Assembly (NCBI GenBank): GCA_049970055.1
Contig: JBMFNR010000001.1
Location: 160,001 to 224,000, forward strand
DNA from: Fervidobacterium sp.
GTDB lineage: Bacteria > Thermotogota > Thermotogae > Thermotogales > Fervidobacteriaceae
DNA: 64,000 nt
Direction: 5' to 3'
Shown: one piece after another, positions 1 through 10,500 of the stretch
Numbering within the stretch: position 1 is the first letter of the stretch
How the letters are laid out: each line of letters begins with the position of its first letter
Made by a program: the position numbers and the translations under genes
Notes under the pieces: model-generated
The model's database searches: none
Seen by the model: the letters and a program-made list of their open reading frames with translations, nothing else
Told to the model about the DNA's origin: nothing

Positions 1-822
1 AACTGCTACCGTATTGAGTGTTCCCTTGAGTTTGTTAAGCACTAATGTTGTGAGAACTTCACCTTCAACATCTTCTGCAATTATTACAAGTGGTCTTCCC
101 GTTTGCGCAACTTTTTCAAGGATTGGAATAAGGGGCTTAACATTTGATAATTTTCTGTCTGTGATGAGTATGAATGGCTCGTTGTATACAACTTCCATTT
201 TTTCTGGATCTGTTACAAAATATGGTGAAATATAACCTCTATCGAATTGCATACCTTCGGTGAATTCAACATATGTGTCAATAGTCTTGCTGTCTTCAAC
301 TGTTATAACACCATCTTCTCCAACTTTTTCCATAGCTTCTGCGATTAGTTTACCGATATCTTCGCTATTTGCACTGATGGACGCAACATGAGCAATATCA
401 TCCGTACTCGAAAGTTTTTTTGAGACTTTCCTTATCTCTTCTACTACTTTTGCTGTTGCCTTATCAATACCTTTTTTTATAAGTATTGGGTTTGCACCAG
501 CGGCAACCATTTTGAGTCCTTCTTTTATCATTGCTTGTGCAAGAACTGTAGCGGTTGTTGTACCATCACCTGCAACATCATTTGTCTTGCTCGCAACTTC
601 TTTGACAAGTTGGGCACCGAGGTTTGCAAATTTGTCCTCAAGTTCTATTTCTTTTGCGATCGAAACACCATCGTTTGTAATAGTTGGACTACCCCATGAT
701 TTTTCGATAACCACGTTCCTACCCTTTGGACCTAAAGTAATCTTTACTGCATTAGCAACCGCGTCAACACCAGCTTCCAATGATCTTCTTGCTTCTTCAC
801 TGTATCTCAGCAACTTTGCCAT
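1..822 (-). CDS. groEL: Chaperonin GroEL (5' part, truncated by window edge)
   Basis: Not in the ORF track. The minus strand from ATG 822 reads [38 protein letters not shown]...GDGTTTA...[19 protein letters not shown] upstream. Confidence 0.98.
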   Translation of the reverse strand, partial: MAKLLRYSEEARRSLEAGVDAVANAVKITLGPKGRNVVIEKSWGSPTITNDGVSIAKEIELEDKFANLGAQLVKEVASKTNDVAGDGTTTATVLAQAMIKEGLKMVAAGANPILIKKGIDKATAKVVEEIRKVSKKLSSTDDIAHVASISANSEDIGKLIAEAMEKVGEDGVITVEDSKTIDTYVEFTEGMQFDRGYISPYFVTDPEKMEVVYNEPFILITDRKLSNVKPLIPILEKVAQTGRPLVIIAEDVEGEVLTTLVLNKLKGTLNTVAV

Positions 823-848
823 ATCTCACACCTCCTGTATTTTTATTT

Positions 849-1118
849 TTACTCTTCGATTTTAGCAAGAATGTCGTTGACGTCGATTATGATGTAATCT
901 TCGTCATCGATCTTTATCTCTGTTCCAGAATATTTGTTATATATAACCTTGTCTCCAACTTTGAGTTGGCAATCTTCAGAAAGCTTTCCAACTTCAACGA
1001 TCTCTGCTTTCATGGGCTTTTCTTTTGCCGCATCTGGAAGAACAATACCACCTGCTGTTTTCTTTTCCTCAACAATGGGTTTTATCAATAGCCTTTCACC
1101 GAGTGGTTTTACTTTCAT
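849..1118 (-). CDS. groES: Co-chaperonin GroES
   Basis: [14 protein letters not shown]...TAGGIVLPD...[15 protein letters not shown]; start moved to ATG 1118, behind a GGAGGGGG RBS. Confidence 0.98.
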   Translation of the reverse strand: MKVKPLGERLLIKPIVEEKKTAGGIVLPDAAKEKPMKAEIVEVGKLSEDCQLKVGDKVIYNKYSGTEIKIDDEDYIIIDVNDILAKIEE

Positions 1119-1155
1119 GCTCTTACCCCCTCCTGTCAGTTTTGTCGTTTTTTGA

Positions 1156-1182
1156 TTATCACTCATATATGCCGTGTGCTAA
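1156..1182 (-). promoter_or_regulatory. CIRCE element (HrcA operator)
   Basis: Minus strand TTAGCACAC-N9-GAGTGATAA versus consensus TTAGCACTC-N9-GAGTGCTAA, directly upstream of groES. Confidence 0.9.
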
Positions 1183-1186
1183 TTTT

Positions 1187-1214
1187 AGTATAACAAAAAA
1201 AATCAGAAAGTGAA
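1187..1214 (-). promoter_or_regulatory. Putative sigma-A promoter of groESL
   Basis: TTCACT-N16-TATACT on the minus strand, just upstream of the CIRCE. Confidence 0.55.
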
Positions 1215-1309
1215 CCCCAAAAAATATCAACCGAAAGTTTTTACACTTGTTTATTACAAAATATTTGTAATTTTCTTCATTTTACTCATTTTGTCACTAT
1301 TACAAGCAA

Positions 1310-2487
1310 TTTTTCATCTATAGTTACTGATCTGCAAAAGCCTTTTATATCTTCATATTTTCCATCCTTGTTTCGCCAATTATGATATGTTTCTGCTATC
1401 TTCTTATATCTTCATTTGCTAATTCCCTGGGTCTTCTATCTACAAGTTGTCATAGTTTCCTTGTATCTATGAATAAAAATTCATGTCTTCTGCTTCTGTA
1501 TTTTGGATTATTTGCTTTATTCCTATTTAATATCCAAAGGCATGCTGGAATTGCTGTTGTATAAAATAGTTTATCTGGAAGTGCTACTATACAATCAACA
1601 ACATCATCTTCTATTAAATCCCTTCTTATTTCTCGTTTGTTAGATGTATTTGAACTTAATGAACCATTACCGAGCACCACTCCTGCAACTTTATTTGGTG
1701 CTAAGTGAAATATTATATGTTGTAGCCATGCATAGTTTGCGTTTCCTGCTGAAGAAGTACCATACTTCCATCGTGCATCCTTTGTTAGTTTTTCCACGCC
1801 CCATTCACTAACATTAAAAGGAAGGTTTGCCAAAATTTAATCAGCCTTTAAATTTTTGTGCAAATCATTATGGAATGTATCGGCATTTCAGCTAATGTTT
1901 TAACTACAGATTTTGGAGTATAAAATTAGATTTTGGATATAAAATTCTCCTCCACCTTAACTTTCCTTTTCAGCAAATTTGTTTAAGAAATATTCATATA
2001 CTCTTCCTGAAAATATCCTTTTGTCCATCTTGATAAAGCTTAATATTTGGAATAAGATCTATTAATTCTCCAAACCTTCTTTTATCAAGCTCTGGTCTTG
2101 CATATCTTTTAACTAATATACTCTTTAAGTTTGGATTTTCCTTTTCTGTTAAAAGTATGACATCATCTATTATTTGTCCTATCTTTGGATCTTTAGCTGA
2201 TTTTTTTATACGCTCCCATCTTGCCTCTTTAGGAACCCGGAATATATTTTCTGCTTCATATTCATCTCTATCCTCTTCAAAACCTTCGCCATCTTCAACC
2301 AGTCGATTATACCTCTGTTCAAATCTATCATATATTATAAAAACAACAGTCCTATAATTTCATACTTATATTCTGCTGCATCCATAATACCTCTTAATAT
2401 ATCTGGCGCTTTCCAAAGTTGTTCTTCAAAACCTATATCTGCAAATTAATTCTTGCAATATCTTAATATTTCTTCATTTGTTGACAT
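1310..2487 (-). pseudogene. hsdM: Type I restriction-modification methyltransferase HsdM, multiply frameshifted and truncated
   Basis: Fragments in shifting frames: [23 protein letters not shown], an IFRVPKEARWE segment, [16 protein letters not shown] (degenerate NPPF), [48 protein letters not shown]. Many stops; very AT-rich. Left boundary approximate. Confidence 0.9.
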
Positions 2488-2626
2488 TTTCCTGTCTCCT
2501 TATAGTATAGTTTATAGTATAGGCATTCTAATCAAACACCTGCACCAATTATTTACATAGCTCCAAACAAAAAAAGCCCTGATTTCTCATGGCTTCTATT
2601 TATCGTATCAATGATATATTGTATTT

Positions 2627-2702
2627 TGGTGGAGCCGATGGGACTTGAACCCACGACCTCTACCGTGCCATGGTAGCGCTCTCCCACCTGAGCTACGGCC
2701 CC
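2627..2702 (-). tRNA. tRNA-Ala(GGC)
   Basis: GGGGCCGTAGCTCAGGTGGGAGAGCGCTACCAT-GGC-ACGGTAGAGGTCGTGGGTTCAAGTCCCATCGGCTCCACCA. Confidence 0.98.
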
Positions 2703-2888
2703 TCTTTATCGAATTTTTCATTTAAAGCCCATTGTTTATAACCATGGTTATTTTACCATAAAAGTATGAAAAATCAAGATAGCAATAGTAACAAAAATTT
2801 TTTAAGGATTTTGGAGTGTGTAAATAGTATAATTCATATGAATAGTTGAGCAATCGATTAATGACGCGTCGATTGGAGGTATCTCGCG

Positions 2889-4454
2889 ATGAAGATGTCA
2901 AGATACATTTATTTGACCGTGGTGGTTTTTATTTCATCTTTCATTTACACTTCCTGTATGTTTAATACACCGGATGCAACGGGAGGTCCAAAAATTTCAA
3001 TAGCACATCCTGAAAATGCCGTAATTGATTCTGCTGTAAATATTTCCATCCACACACTCGAACCGGGTATTAAAAATTTAAAATTGTCGGTTAATTCAAA
3101 AGATGATAGTAATGTATTTATTCTTAAAGAATATCCGTACGCAGTTTCTTGGAATCCAAAGCTTCCGGGAATTTACACGTTAAAAGCGGAAGGGTTTTCC
3201 ATAAACGACGGAAGATGGTATAGCGCAACCTCGACAATCACCGTTTACGATAAAGTTCCACCTTACATCGAGGAGATTAAACTCATTCCTGAAAAACCTT
3301 ACATTGGTGATCAGGTCTTATTACAAATAAAATTAGATGGGAGAAACCCTGTCGTTGGGGTAGAACTAGCTGGAAGATTTAGCCCTTCCAGCAATTGGGT
3401 ATACCAAACAGTGAAGACTTCAGATCAGTACGTGTACCTTATGCTACCACAACTAAACAATGTGGGAAAGGTAGAATTGTTTTTAAGATCCGTGGCTTAT
3501 CGCAATGAAGACGCCACCAAGGTTACTTTCGATGTGAAGGCAAGGGATTTAACCTCACCAAACATTAGTGTTTATGCGCAAACATTCTACCCTGAGAATT
3601 CCAATATTTCCGTTAGAGTGGAATTAAGTGACAACGTGGAATTGAAAAGGTATAAGATGACGTTTGATAACGAAGTTATCTTTGAGGAAGAGATCTCGGG
3701 GAAGAGTTTTACAAAAGAGGTTCTCATAGGTAAAAAAGATCTTGGTACGCACACGATCAATGTGGTTGCTTTTGACTCCGAAGGTAACATGAACACGTAC
3801 GCAAAAAAGATCTACGTAGGTGGAACTGCTTTGAGTTTCAACGCTCAAGTAAGTCCTTCCGAACCAACTGCGAACTCTACAGCGGTTATAGCTATGGTCC
3901 CCGACGAAAAAGATGTTATCTATACGAGAGTGGCCTTTTTCGTTGATGGGAACGCGATTGCAGATTACAGAAGCGATGGTGAAAATTCTGCTCAGAGTTT
4001 TGCACTCTGGGATGTTGAAGAAGGAAATCATGTCATAACAATTTATGCAGAATCAAAAGACAAAAGAGCAGGGATAGCCGAAACACTTGTAAACGTTAAA
4101 GATTATAATGGGCCAAGATTCATATCGCTGAAAGCCAACGGAGTAGAGCTCAAAAAAGGAGTTGATAATTACGTCTTTCCAGGTTTAGTAACATTTCAAG
4201 TCACTGTTTACGATCCCGGAGGAATAAATCTAACGGTATTACCAAGACTCTTGATTAAAGAAGATGAATTTACGACATTTTACAGAGACTTAGAGATGCA
4301 AATTGATGATGTTTCGCCAGATGGCAGGACAGTAACGTTTTCTGTAACGACAACGATGGTTTTAGGTTACTACTACGTGACTGTTATGAACGTTCAAGAT
4401 AAGAGTGGTAACGCGATGAAAGACGTGGGTAAATTCTTATTGTACGTTCAGTAA
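2889..4454 (+). CDS. Putative lipoprotein with tandem Ig-like domains
   Basis: Hydrophobic leader with YTSC lipobox-like motif; repeated D-x-x-x-P boundaries and GxHxIxVxAxD-x-x-GN Ig-like patterns. Confidence 0.65.
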   Translation: MKMSRYIYLTVVVFISSFIYTSCMFNTPDATGGPKISIAHPENAVIDSAVNISIHTLEPGIKNLKLSVNSKDDSNVFILKEYPYAVSWNPKLPGIYTLKAEGFSINDGRWYSATSTITVYDKVPPYIEEIKLIPEKPYIGDQVLLQIKLDGRNPVVGVELAGRFSPSSNWVYQTVKTSDQYVYLMLPQLNNVGKVELFLRSVAYRNEDATKVTFDVKARDLTSPNISVYAQTFYPENSNISVRVELSDNVELKRYKMTFDNEVIFEEEISGKSFTKEVLIGKKDLGTHTINVVAFDSEGNMNTYAKKIYVGGTALSFNAQVSPSEPTANSTAVIAMVPDEKDVIYTRVAFFVDGNAIADYRSDGENSAQSFALWDVEEGNHVITIYAESKDKRAGIAETLVNVKDYNGPRFISLKANGVELKKGVDNYVFPGLVTFQVTVYDPGGINLTVLPRLLIKEDEFTTFYRDLEMQIDDVSPDGRTVTFSVTTTMVLGYYYVTVMNVQDKSGNAMKDVGKFLLYVQ

Positions 4455-4522
4455 TTAAATTTTGCGTTTATTTTGACGATAATTAGATTGTTATATATTA
4501 ATTGCGAAAGGGAGGAGTTGTT

Positions 4523-7198
4523 ATGAGGAAAGTTACATTAATGATTATTTTTATACTTTTGTTACTATCAACTTTTGCTCACGCTGCTCTTAGTATCTCA
4601 GGCCTTTGGACACCGACAAAGTTCAGTTGGACACTTCCAGGAAAATATGGCCCTGGTGTGATTGTAAAAAATGGAGGTAATTTACTTGTTTTAGCAAAAG
4701 ACGGTTCTGTTTACGAACTTCAGATGTCTGGTACTTTGGTCCCGTTGGGGCAAGTTAGTGGTATCCAAAATGTCGTGACACCTCCAACGTACGTTGAAGT
4801 GAACAGCACTGCAAAGTATCTTATTTGGGTAACAGCGCAAAACACAGCAGCTAATACTGTGAATATTATAAATGTTGCGAATACGTCATCCACACCATTA
4901 CAGAAAAATATTAACGGTGCATCCTATGGCGTAGTAGCCTATAAAGGTGGAACAAAAATTTACATAATTACAGCAACTATGAATGGTGTTCTTTACAAGT
5001 TCGAGTATGACGGAGCCAATTGGACCGGAGAGGACTCAAATACTATTGCCGGACCTGTTAAAGTGCCACCTATCATCAGTCCATCGAAGGATACACTTTA
5101 CATTTTAACTCAAAACGGAAAATTTTATTCAGTTAATAACAGTGGTCCAACTTTGGGAAGTCCTACTTTGAAATTAACCCTTGGTGGTGAATTTACAACG
5201 CCGATGGCTATGGATGAAGGAGGATTCATTTACGCGTTGAGTTCTACTGGTGTTCTTTATAAAATTGATCCTTCAGGTAGTGAGCAACATGTTCAATTTT
5301 TGTCGTCATGCAATAGTTCAGGACCTCTTATAGATGGTGAGGGGATCATTTACATCTTTGGAAACAATGGAAAGATTGTTGCATTGACAAAAACACTTGT
5401 GAAGATAGGTGAATACACAATTGATCAGCAAATAACAACAACACCGGCAATAGTTAAGGGTAAAGATGGTCTAACCTACTTGATTGTTCCAAGTTCATCA
5501 ACTAACGGTACAGGAAAAATAACGATCCTAAGTTTCGTACCTGCAACTGGTACGTTTTCAAAAGTTTGGGAGTATACAACCACAAGCACGTTCCCCATCA
5601 GTGCGGCTGTTGGTGTAGCTCCTCTGGGAGCTTTGTACAACGACAATTATTACTTTGCAACGGCTACAAATGATGGAACGATTTACGCCTGGCAATTTGA
5701 TGCGAGGGGGCCGTATGGTGTCTGGGCAATGTATGGACAGAATATAAATCACACAGGTTTTGTTGATTCTTCCTCGATGGCTTTTCGAACAAGGATATTT
5801 ATAATTGCAAAAGAAGGATATTATGGTAAAGAACTTAGCAGTACATTGCTTAATTCAACAACAGCATACGGGTTACTTTACGATGCTAAAAAATATGATT
5901 CCACTAATCAAGTTGTTGGTCAGTATTCAAACTTGAGAACAAATGAAACAAATTTGGCTAATATCCCAGAAGGGATACCTGGGTCTGAGAAACTTGAGGT
6001 AAAATTTGCAACTTCAACGTCAAGTCTACTTTTATTTACGAATAACTTCCAAGTTCAAGGAGGCTCAAAGCCGACAGTCGACTCTACATTTACTTTCAGA
6101 TTTTGGAAAACTGGGCAAAGTGGATACGAAGGTTCTGAGGGAGATAACCCAGCAACACTTACTTATATGTTCAATGACAGATACCTTACGGTCTTTACAG
6201 ACGCAATATACATGTTCTATATTTATCATAAATATCCTCTGCAAAGCAACAGTGAATCCACTGAAACTACAGACGCAGTATTTGATTTTAACCAATACAG
6301 ATCTAATCCAAACACCGCGGTAAAAACTGTTAATTCAAAGACTAATTATCAAAGTCAAAAATGGTACGCGTATAAATGGAACGTTTACCAATGGAATCCA
6401 GATAATCCTCTTGGATACGATAAGACTACCTATTATCAGAAAGATAGTGTGTCTCTTCCAATAAAAGGCCCAGCGTACATAGAAATTTACTATGCTCAAC
6501 TTAGCGCAACTGTAACTTTACTTGTTCCTGAGTTTGCCCTAGGTAGGACACGAGCTTACTTGTTCTTAGATGCAGCAGCAAACTCTATAGCTTATAACAT
6601 CGATCTTAAAACGCTAAATGGTGTTACCATTGAAAGTATTCAATCGGAAGAATTTGCAAATAACGTTTCAAAAATTAATTCTCTATGTACCGTGAATGGT
6701 ACTCAATTGAAATATGTTTTGGACAGTATGCAAAATCCTTTATCAGCAGATACACGAGTTGCTACAATAATTCTTAACCTAAATTTCCCGCAGAAAGCAC
6801 AGTTTAGTGCTATAAATGATATGTACTTTACTCAATACTTTAATTTAACTGGATATGCACAGGTTCAAGGTCAACTAGTCGATCCAGCAAATCTCCAGGC
6901 AAAACGTGTCTTTAAGACAAATCGCTTCCTGTATGTTGTTGGTGATTTCAACGGTGATTTTGTTGTTGATATTAACGACTGGAACCTCTTTGTTAATGTT
7001 TTAGGAACTACGGTTTCTGGGCCGGCTGTCATTTACAACATAGGGCCAAGGGAAGATTTCAATCCTCCATACCCAAGCTATACGAATTACAAAGCAGGGT
7101 ACCTTACGGACGCAAGTAGTATCGTTAATGAAAATGATTTTTACTACTTTGCTACGATGTTTGGTTTTGCTGTTCCCGAAAGCGAAAGAGTTAAATAA
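4523..7198 (+). CDS. Secreted PQQ/BamB-like beta-propeller protein with C-terminal dockerin-like Ca-binding motifs
   Basis: Signal peptide ending AHA (ATG 4523 after GGAGG). Propeller blades (TPMAMDEGGFIY..GVLYKID; GPLIDGEGIIY), closing WAMYGQNINHTG motif, C-terminal GDFNGDFVVDINDWNLF. Confidence 0.65.
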   Translation: MRKVTLMIIFILLLLSTFAHAALSISGLWTPTKFSWTLPGKYGPGVIVKNGGNLLVLAKDGSVYELQMSGTLVPLGQVSGIQNVVTPPTYVEVNSTAKYLIWVTAQNTAANTVNIINVANTSSTPLQKNINGASYGVVAYKGGTKIYIITATMNGVLYKFEYDGANWTGEDSNTIAGPVKVPPIISPSKDTLYILTQNGKFYSVNNSGPTLGSPTLKLTLGGEFTTPMAMDEGGFIYALSSTGVLYKIDPSGSEQHVQFLSSCNSSGPLIDGEGIIYIFGNNGKIVALTKTLVKIGEYTIDQQITTTPAIVKGKDGLTYLIVPSSSTNGTGKITILSFVPATGTFSKVWEYTTTSTFPISAAVGVAPLGALYNDNYYFATATNDGTIYAWQFDARGPYGVWAMYGQNINHTGFVDSSSMAFRTRIFIIAKEGYYGKELSSTLLNSTTAYGLLYDAKKYDSTNQVVGQYSNLRTNETNLANIPEGIPGSEKLEVKFATSTSSLLLFTNNFQVQGGSKPTVDSTFTFRFWKTGQSGYEGSEGDNPATLTYMFNDRYLTVFTDAIYMFYIYHKYPLQSNSESTETTDAVFDFNQYRSNPNTAVKTVNSKTNYQSQKWYAYKWNVYQWNPDNPLGYDKTTYYQKDSVSLPIKGPAYIEIYYAQLSATVTLLVPEFALGRTRAYLFLDAAANSIAYNIDLKTLNGVTIESIQSEEFANNVSKINSLCTVNGTQLKYVLDSMQNPLSADTRVATIILNLNFPQKAQFSAINDMYFTQYFNLTGYAQVQGQLVDPANLQAKRVFKTNRFLYVVGDFNGDFVVDINDWNLFVNVLGTTVSGPAVIYNIGPREDFNPPYPSYTNYKAGYLTDASSIVNENDFYYFATMFGFAVPESERVK

Positions 7199-7216
7199 TA
7201 CAAAGAGGTGAGAAGT

Positions 7217-7822
7217 ATGAAAAAGCTTATGGTAACACTTTCAATGCTAATATTAACTTTAACTTTAACAAGTTGTGGACTTCTGGGAGCAAACAATGGT
7301 AGTGCAAAAATTAAAACTAATGTTAACATTATAGATCCTTATGGAAACAAGTTGTTTGTAGAGGGTACAATAAACGGATACAAAATCGAGGCTGATAAAG
7401 ATGGTGTGTATGTGGCTTCTAAGATCGAAAGTATTACAAGTTATAAGTTCAGTGAGGATTTAAAGTTGTTCACAGTTAAGAGTATTGATGTTAATCCCGG
7501 CAAAGAAGTTAACATAGTACTTGAGAGAAATGTACAAAATGGTGTTAAATTATTAAGAACCAGCGATGGTAAGCTTGTTTTCTATGCATTCGGTTTAAAG
7601 GATACACCTTACTTCCAAGTGTGGTTAAGAGATAAACTATCTACATTTGCAGTAATTGATTTAAATAAAGATCAGACACTTTTGGCAGGTAATTGGCTGA
7701 TTGGTGTTGGAAAAGGAAGGGGAAATGACGGGCCAGTGCAAGATCGTGATGAAATAGTGGTTAGATTAAATATTCCGGCAACAAAAGCTCCAGAGGTAGT
7801 GAAATTTGAAGAACTAAAGTAA
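7217..7822 (+). CDS. Hypothetical lipoprotein
   Basis: MKKL...LTLTSCG lipobox; GAGGTG RBS before ATG 7217. Confidence 0.75.
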   Translation: MKKLMVTLSMLILTLTLTSCGLLGANNGSAKIKTNVNIIDPYGNKLFVEGTINGYKIEADKDGVYVASKIESITSYKFSEDLKLFTVKSIDVNPGKEVNIVLERNVQNGVKLLRTSDGKLVFYAFGLKDTPYFQVWLRDKLSTFAVIDLNKDQTLLAGNWLIGVGKGRGNDGPVQDRDEIVVRLNIPATKAPEVVKFEELK

Positions 7823-7863
7823 AATAAAAAATGCCCTCGAGTAAGGAGGGCATTTTTTATTTT
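7821..7863. terminator. Bidirectional intrinsic terminator
   Basis: AAAATAAAAAATGCCCTC-gagtaag-GAGGGCATTTTTTATTTT between convergent genes. Confidence 0.9.
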
Positions 7864-8972
7864 ACTTTCTTGCCAACTGAAAACATTATGAATGTTAGTA
7901 AAACAGGTACCAACCAAGCAAAGATTAAATTTCTTTCAAGTGTTACACCCATTATCGTGCTGACAACATTACCACCAAGCGAAGTGAACGCATACGTTGA
8001 TCCGTTGAATATCGAAACGTACTTTTTATCAATTTTATCGATACCTTTACTTTGAGTAAATGGGAATATAGGTCCGAGAAAAAATCCAGATATTACAAAG
8101 ATTATGGGTTCTTTTGTTAAAGCAAAAGACAAAACGAGAATAATTAATGCTAGAGAATTTATTCTCACTATATTTTTTGTGATTTTCGAAATTATTCCGA
8201 GCATAAATCTGCTCAAAGTAAATAGTAACCAGAATAATGTGTATGCAGTAAAAGAGGAAAGAAAGCTTTGCTTCATAGTATTACCAGCCCAAGTTATCGT
8301 TCCTATTTCAACGGATGAATAGAGTATTAGCAAAATAAGAAATAGTGCAAAGTTTTTATCGCTAAATGCTACTTTTATCTCCTTTAGGTTTAAACTTTCT
8401 GTGCTAATTTTTGGCAATACTTGCTTAGAGATATAGATAAGAAACAACGCAAAAAGTATTGAATAGAAAAAATAAACGTTTTTAAAATTTCCTGTAAGTT
8501 TCTCTGCAAGGGTTATAACAAAAGGTGCGAGCATTCCGCCAAGTCCATAGGCCCCATGGAAAAATCCAAAACTTGCGTTGTTGCTCGTTGTTAAGAGCGT
8601 TGTTCCACCCGTGAATCCAAAACCTGTCGAAAATCCGAAAACAAAGATCCCAATGAGAGCTATCGTATAATTTTTTGCCAAGGCTACAGTCAAAGTCCCA
8701 GTTATAGTCAGGATACTTCCGATAAATAATGCTCGCTTTATACCCAGTTTATTAATATACACTCCAACGACGATATTTGACAGAACAGTTCCTGTGAGCA
8801 AGAAAAAGGGAAGTAAAGACGAAAGAGCTGTGGATATCTCGAACAATTCTCTAAAAGACCTAAGTAAAGGTGCCATTGAGTTTAAAACTAGTGAATAGGA
8901 AAAGATAATAAGCATTGGTAATAAATTTTCCAAAATCGTTAACCTCCCTGGCTCGTAATTTTTAATGTTCAT
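7857..8972 (-). CDS. MFS transporter (FucP/TsgA-like)
   Basis: About 12 hydrophobic segments; INKLGIKR loop motif; HGAYGLGGMLAP; YSSVEIG; GPIFP. Confidence 0.85.
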   Translation of the reverse strand: MNIKNYEPGRLTILENLLPMLIIFSYSLVLNSMAPLLRSFRELFEISTALSSLLPFFLLTGTVLSNIVVGVYINKLGIKRALFIGSILTITGTLTVALAKNYTIALIGIFVFGFSTGFGFTGGTTLLTTSNNASFGFFHGAYGLGGMLAPFVITLAEKLTGNFKNVYFFYSILFALFLIYISKQVLPKISTESLNLKEIKVAFSDKNFALFLILLILYSSVEIGTITWAGNTMKQSFLSSFTAYTLFWLLFTLSRFMLGIISKITKNIVRINSLALIILVLSFALTKEPIIFVISGFFLGPIFPFTQSKGIDKIDKKYVSIFNGSTYAFTSLGGNVVSTIMGVTLERNLIFAWLVPVLLTFIMFSVGKKVK

Positions 8973-10153
8973 TTTTTTGGAAGTTCTATTATCTTGTAAT
9001 CAGGCAATCCATTTTTGAAAGGTGGATAAAGTTCCCCCTCAATTAAAGGTAACGCGTATTCATAAAACTTTTCTGTTATCTTGAATTTGTCGTAAAATTC
9101 TTTTGGCAACATCTTGGTTTGGTCTGCTACTAGATTCAAAGGTACGGAACCGAAATCTATTTTATATGGATTGTTCGAAGTTCGCTCGATTGTTACCATT
9201 ACTCCGTAGTTATCTTCAAGCGCGTATCTTACTGCCATTCTCCCACACATTTCCGCTTCATCAAGGTCGGTTTTACTCGAAATGTGTCTGCCGCTTCTTT
9301 GAAGATAATCGGGGATTGCAACGTGAGTTTTAAGTCCCAGCTCAGCTCTAACCATACCAGCCATTGTAAATCCCACACCACCAAGTTGCCTATTTCCAAA
9401 ACTATCTGTAAATCCCATGTCTGATACAAAGAATCCGTCAGGATATTTCAACCCCTCTGCCACTGCAATTGAGCAATATCCTTTCGAAGATACTATTCGA
9501 TTAACTTCATCTAAGAATTCATCTTTGTTAAAAGGTTTCTCCGGTAAAAGTATGATATCCGCTCCTATACCGTTTACCCAACCAAGCCCGGCAGCTGCTG
9601 CCAACCAACCTGCATGTCTACCCATAATTTCCATTACAAAGACTTGTGTTGAGTCCACATACATACTCCTTAAATCGAGGGAAGCTTCCATCATTGCAAT
9701 GGCAATATACTTTGCAGCGGAACCATATCCTGGGCAGTGATCCGTGTGCGGTAAATCGTTATCTATCGTTTTTGGAATGCCAACAACTTTTAATTCGTAA
9801 CCTCTTTTCTGAGCTTCGATCTGAACCCTCCAAGCAGTATCCATCGAATCATTTCCACCGTTGTAGAAAAAATACCGAATATCATTTTTTCGGAATATCT
9901 CGAAAAGTTTTTCTATGTCCGATTCGTTCTTCATCTTTTTCCTACATGATCCAAATGCACCAGCAGGGACGTATTTGAGAAATTCGATATCCATGTCATT
10001 TGCCTGAAGGAAATTCTCTTTAAGTATTCCCGTTACCCCGTTGATTCCTACCAATATTTCTAAGCCGTTTTTTCTCGCTTCATCAATCACTCCGTAAGCA
10101 CTTGCGTTAATTACACTTGTTACTCCTCCAGACTGTGCGTACAGCGCTCGCAT
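8969..10153 (-). CDS. pfp: 6-phosphofructokinase, probably pyrophosphate-dependent
   Basis: AQSGGVTSVINAS, FFYNGGNDSMDT (Asp at the PPi-determining position), PKTIDNDL, EIMGRHAGW; start at ATG 10153 after a GAGGGGG RBS. Confidence 0.9.
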   Translation of the reverse strand: MRALYAQSGGVTSVINASAYGVIDEARKNGLEILVGINGVTGILKENFLQANDMDIEFLKYVPAGAFGSCRKKMKNESDIEKLFEIFRKNDIRYFFYNGGNDSMDTAWRVQIEAQKRGYELKVVGIPKTIDNDLPHTDHCPGYGSAAKYIAIAMMEASLDLRSMYVDSTQVFVMEIMGRHAGWLAAAAGLGWVNGIGADIILLPEKPFNKDEFLDEVNRIVSSKGYCSIAVAEGLKYPDGFFVSDMGFTDSFGNRQLGGVGFTMAGMVRAELGLKTHVAIPDYLQRSGRHISSKTDLDEAEMCGRMAVRYALEDNYGVMVTIERTSNNPYKIDFGSVPLNLVADQTKMLPKEFYDKFKITEKFYEYALPLIEGELYPPFKNGLPDYKIIELPKK

Positions 10154-10283
10154 TGTGAATCCCCCTCTTTTCAATTTCAAATTCCCTCGGCTTTCTCACT
10201 TTTTTACATTTTATAACTTTTTATCTATTCTACCACAAGTTTTGTGCTTATTAAAGTTCTCAGATGAAATTATAATTGAGTAC

Positions 10284-10312
10284 TTGAAATTCTAATGCCT
10301 ATATGATAAAAT
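10284..10312 (+). promoter_or_regulatory. Putative sigma-A promoter of tRNA-Leu
   Basis: TTGAAA-N17-TAAAAT with TG extension. Confidence 0.6.
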
Positions 10313-10348
10313 ACATAGCGCGTGGAATAACAAATTGTAACAATAAAT

Positions 10349-10436
10349 GCCGAGGTGGCGGAATTGGCAGACGCGGTTGACTCAAAATCAACAGGGGCTA
10401 GGCTCCGTGCGGGTTCAAGTCCCGCCCTCGGCACCA
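10349..10436 (+). tRNA. tRNA-Leu(CAA)
   Basis: GCCGAGGTGGCGGAATTGGCAGACGCGGTTGACT-CAA-AATCAAC, long variable arm, GGTTCAAGTCCC, ends ACCA. Confidence 0.98.
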
Positions 10437-10439
10437 AAA

Positions 10440-10490
10440 GAAAAACAAAAAACGCGGTGATGCAAAGATCACCGCGTTTTTTTGTTTTTC
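10440..10490. terminator. Bidirectional intrinsic terminator
   Basis: GAAAAACAAAAAACGCGGTGAT-gcaaag-ATCACCGCGTTTTTTTGTTTTTC between tRNA-Leu and the flagellin gene. Confidence 0.9.
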
Positions 10491-10500
10491 TCAACGTTGT

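Noticed and set aside
14..1213. Plus-strand ORFs over groEL/groES, and the many other short antisense ORFs in the track
   Set aside because: They are shadows of well-supported genes on the opposite strand or frame, with no recognisable motifs.
1254..1270. TTACAAA-ata-TTTGTAA inverted repeat
   Set aside because: Almost all A/T in very AT-rich DNA; plausibly chance, with no linked regulator.
1214..1340. att-site duplicate of the tRNA-Ala 3' end bounding an intact island
   Set aside because: No copy of the tRNA 3' end and no integrase were found.
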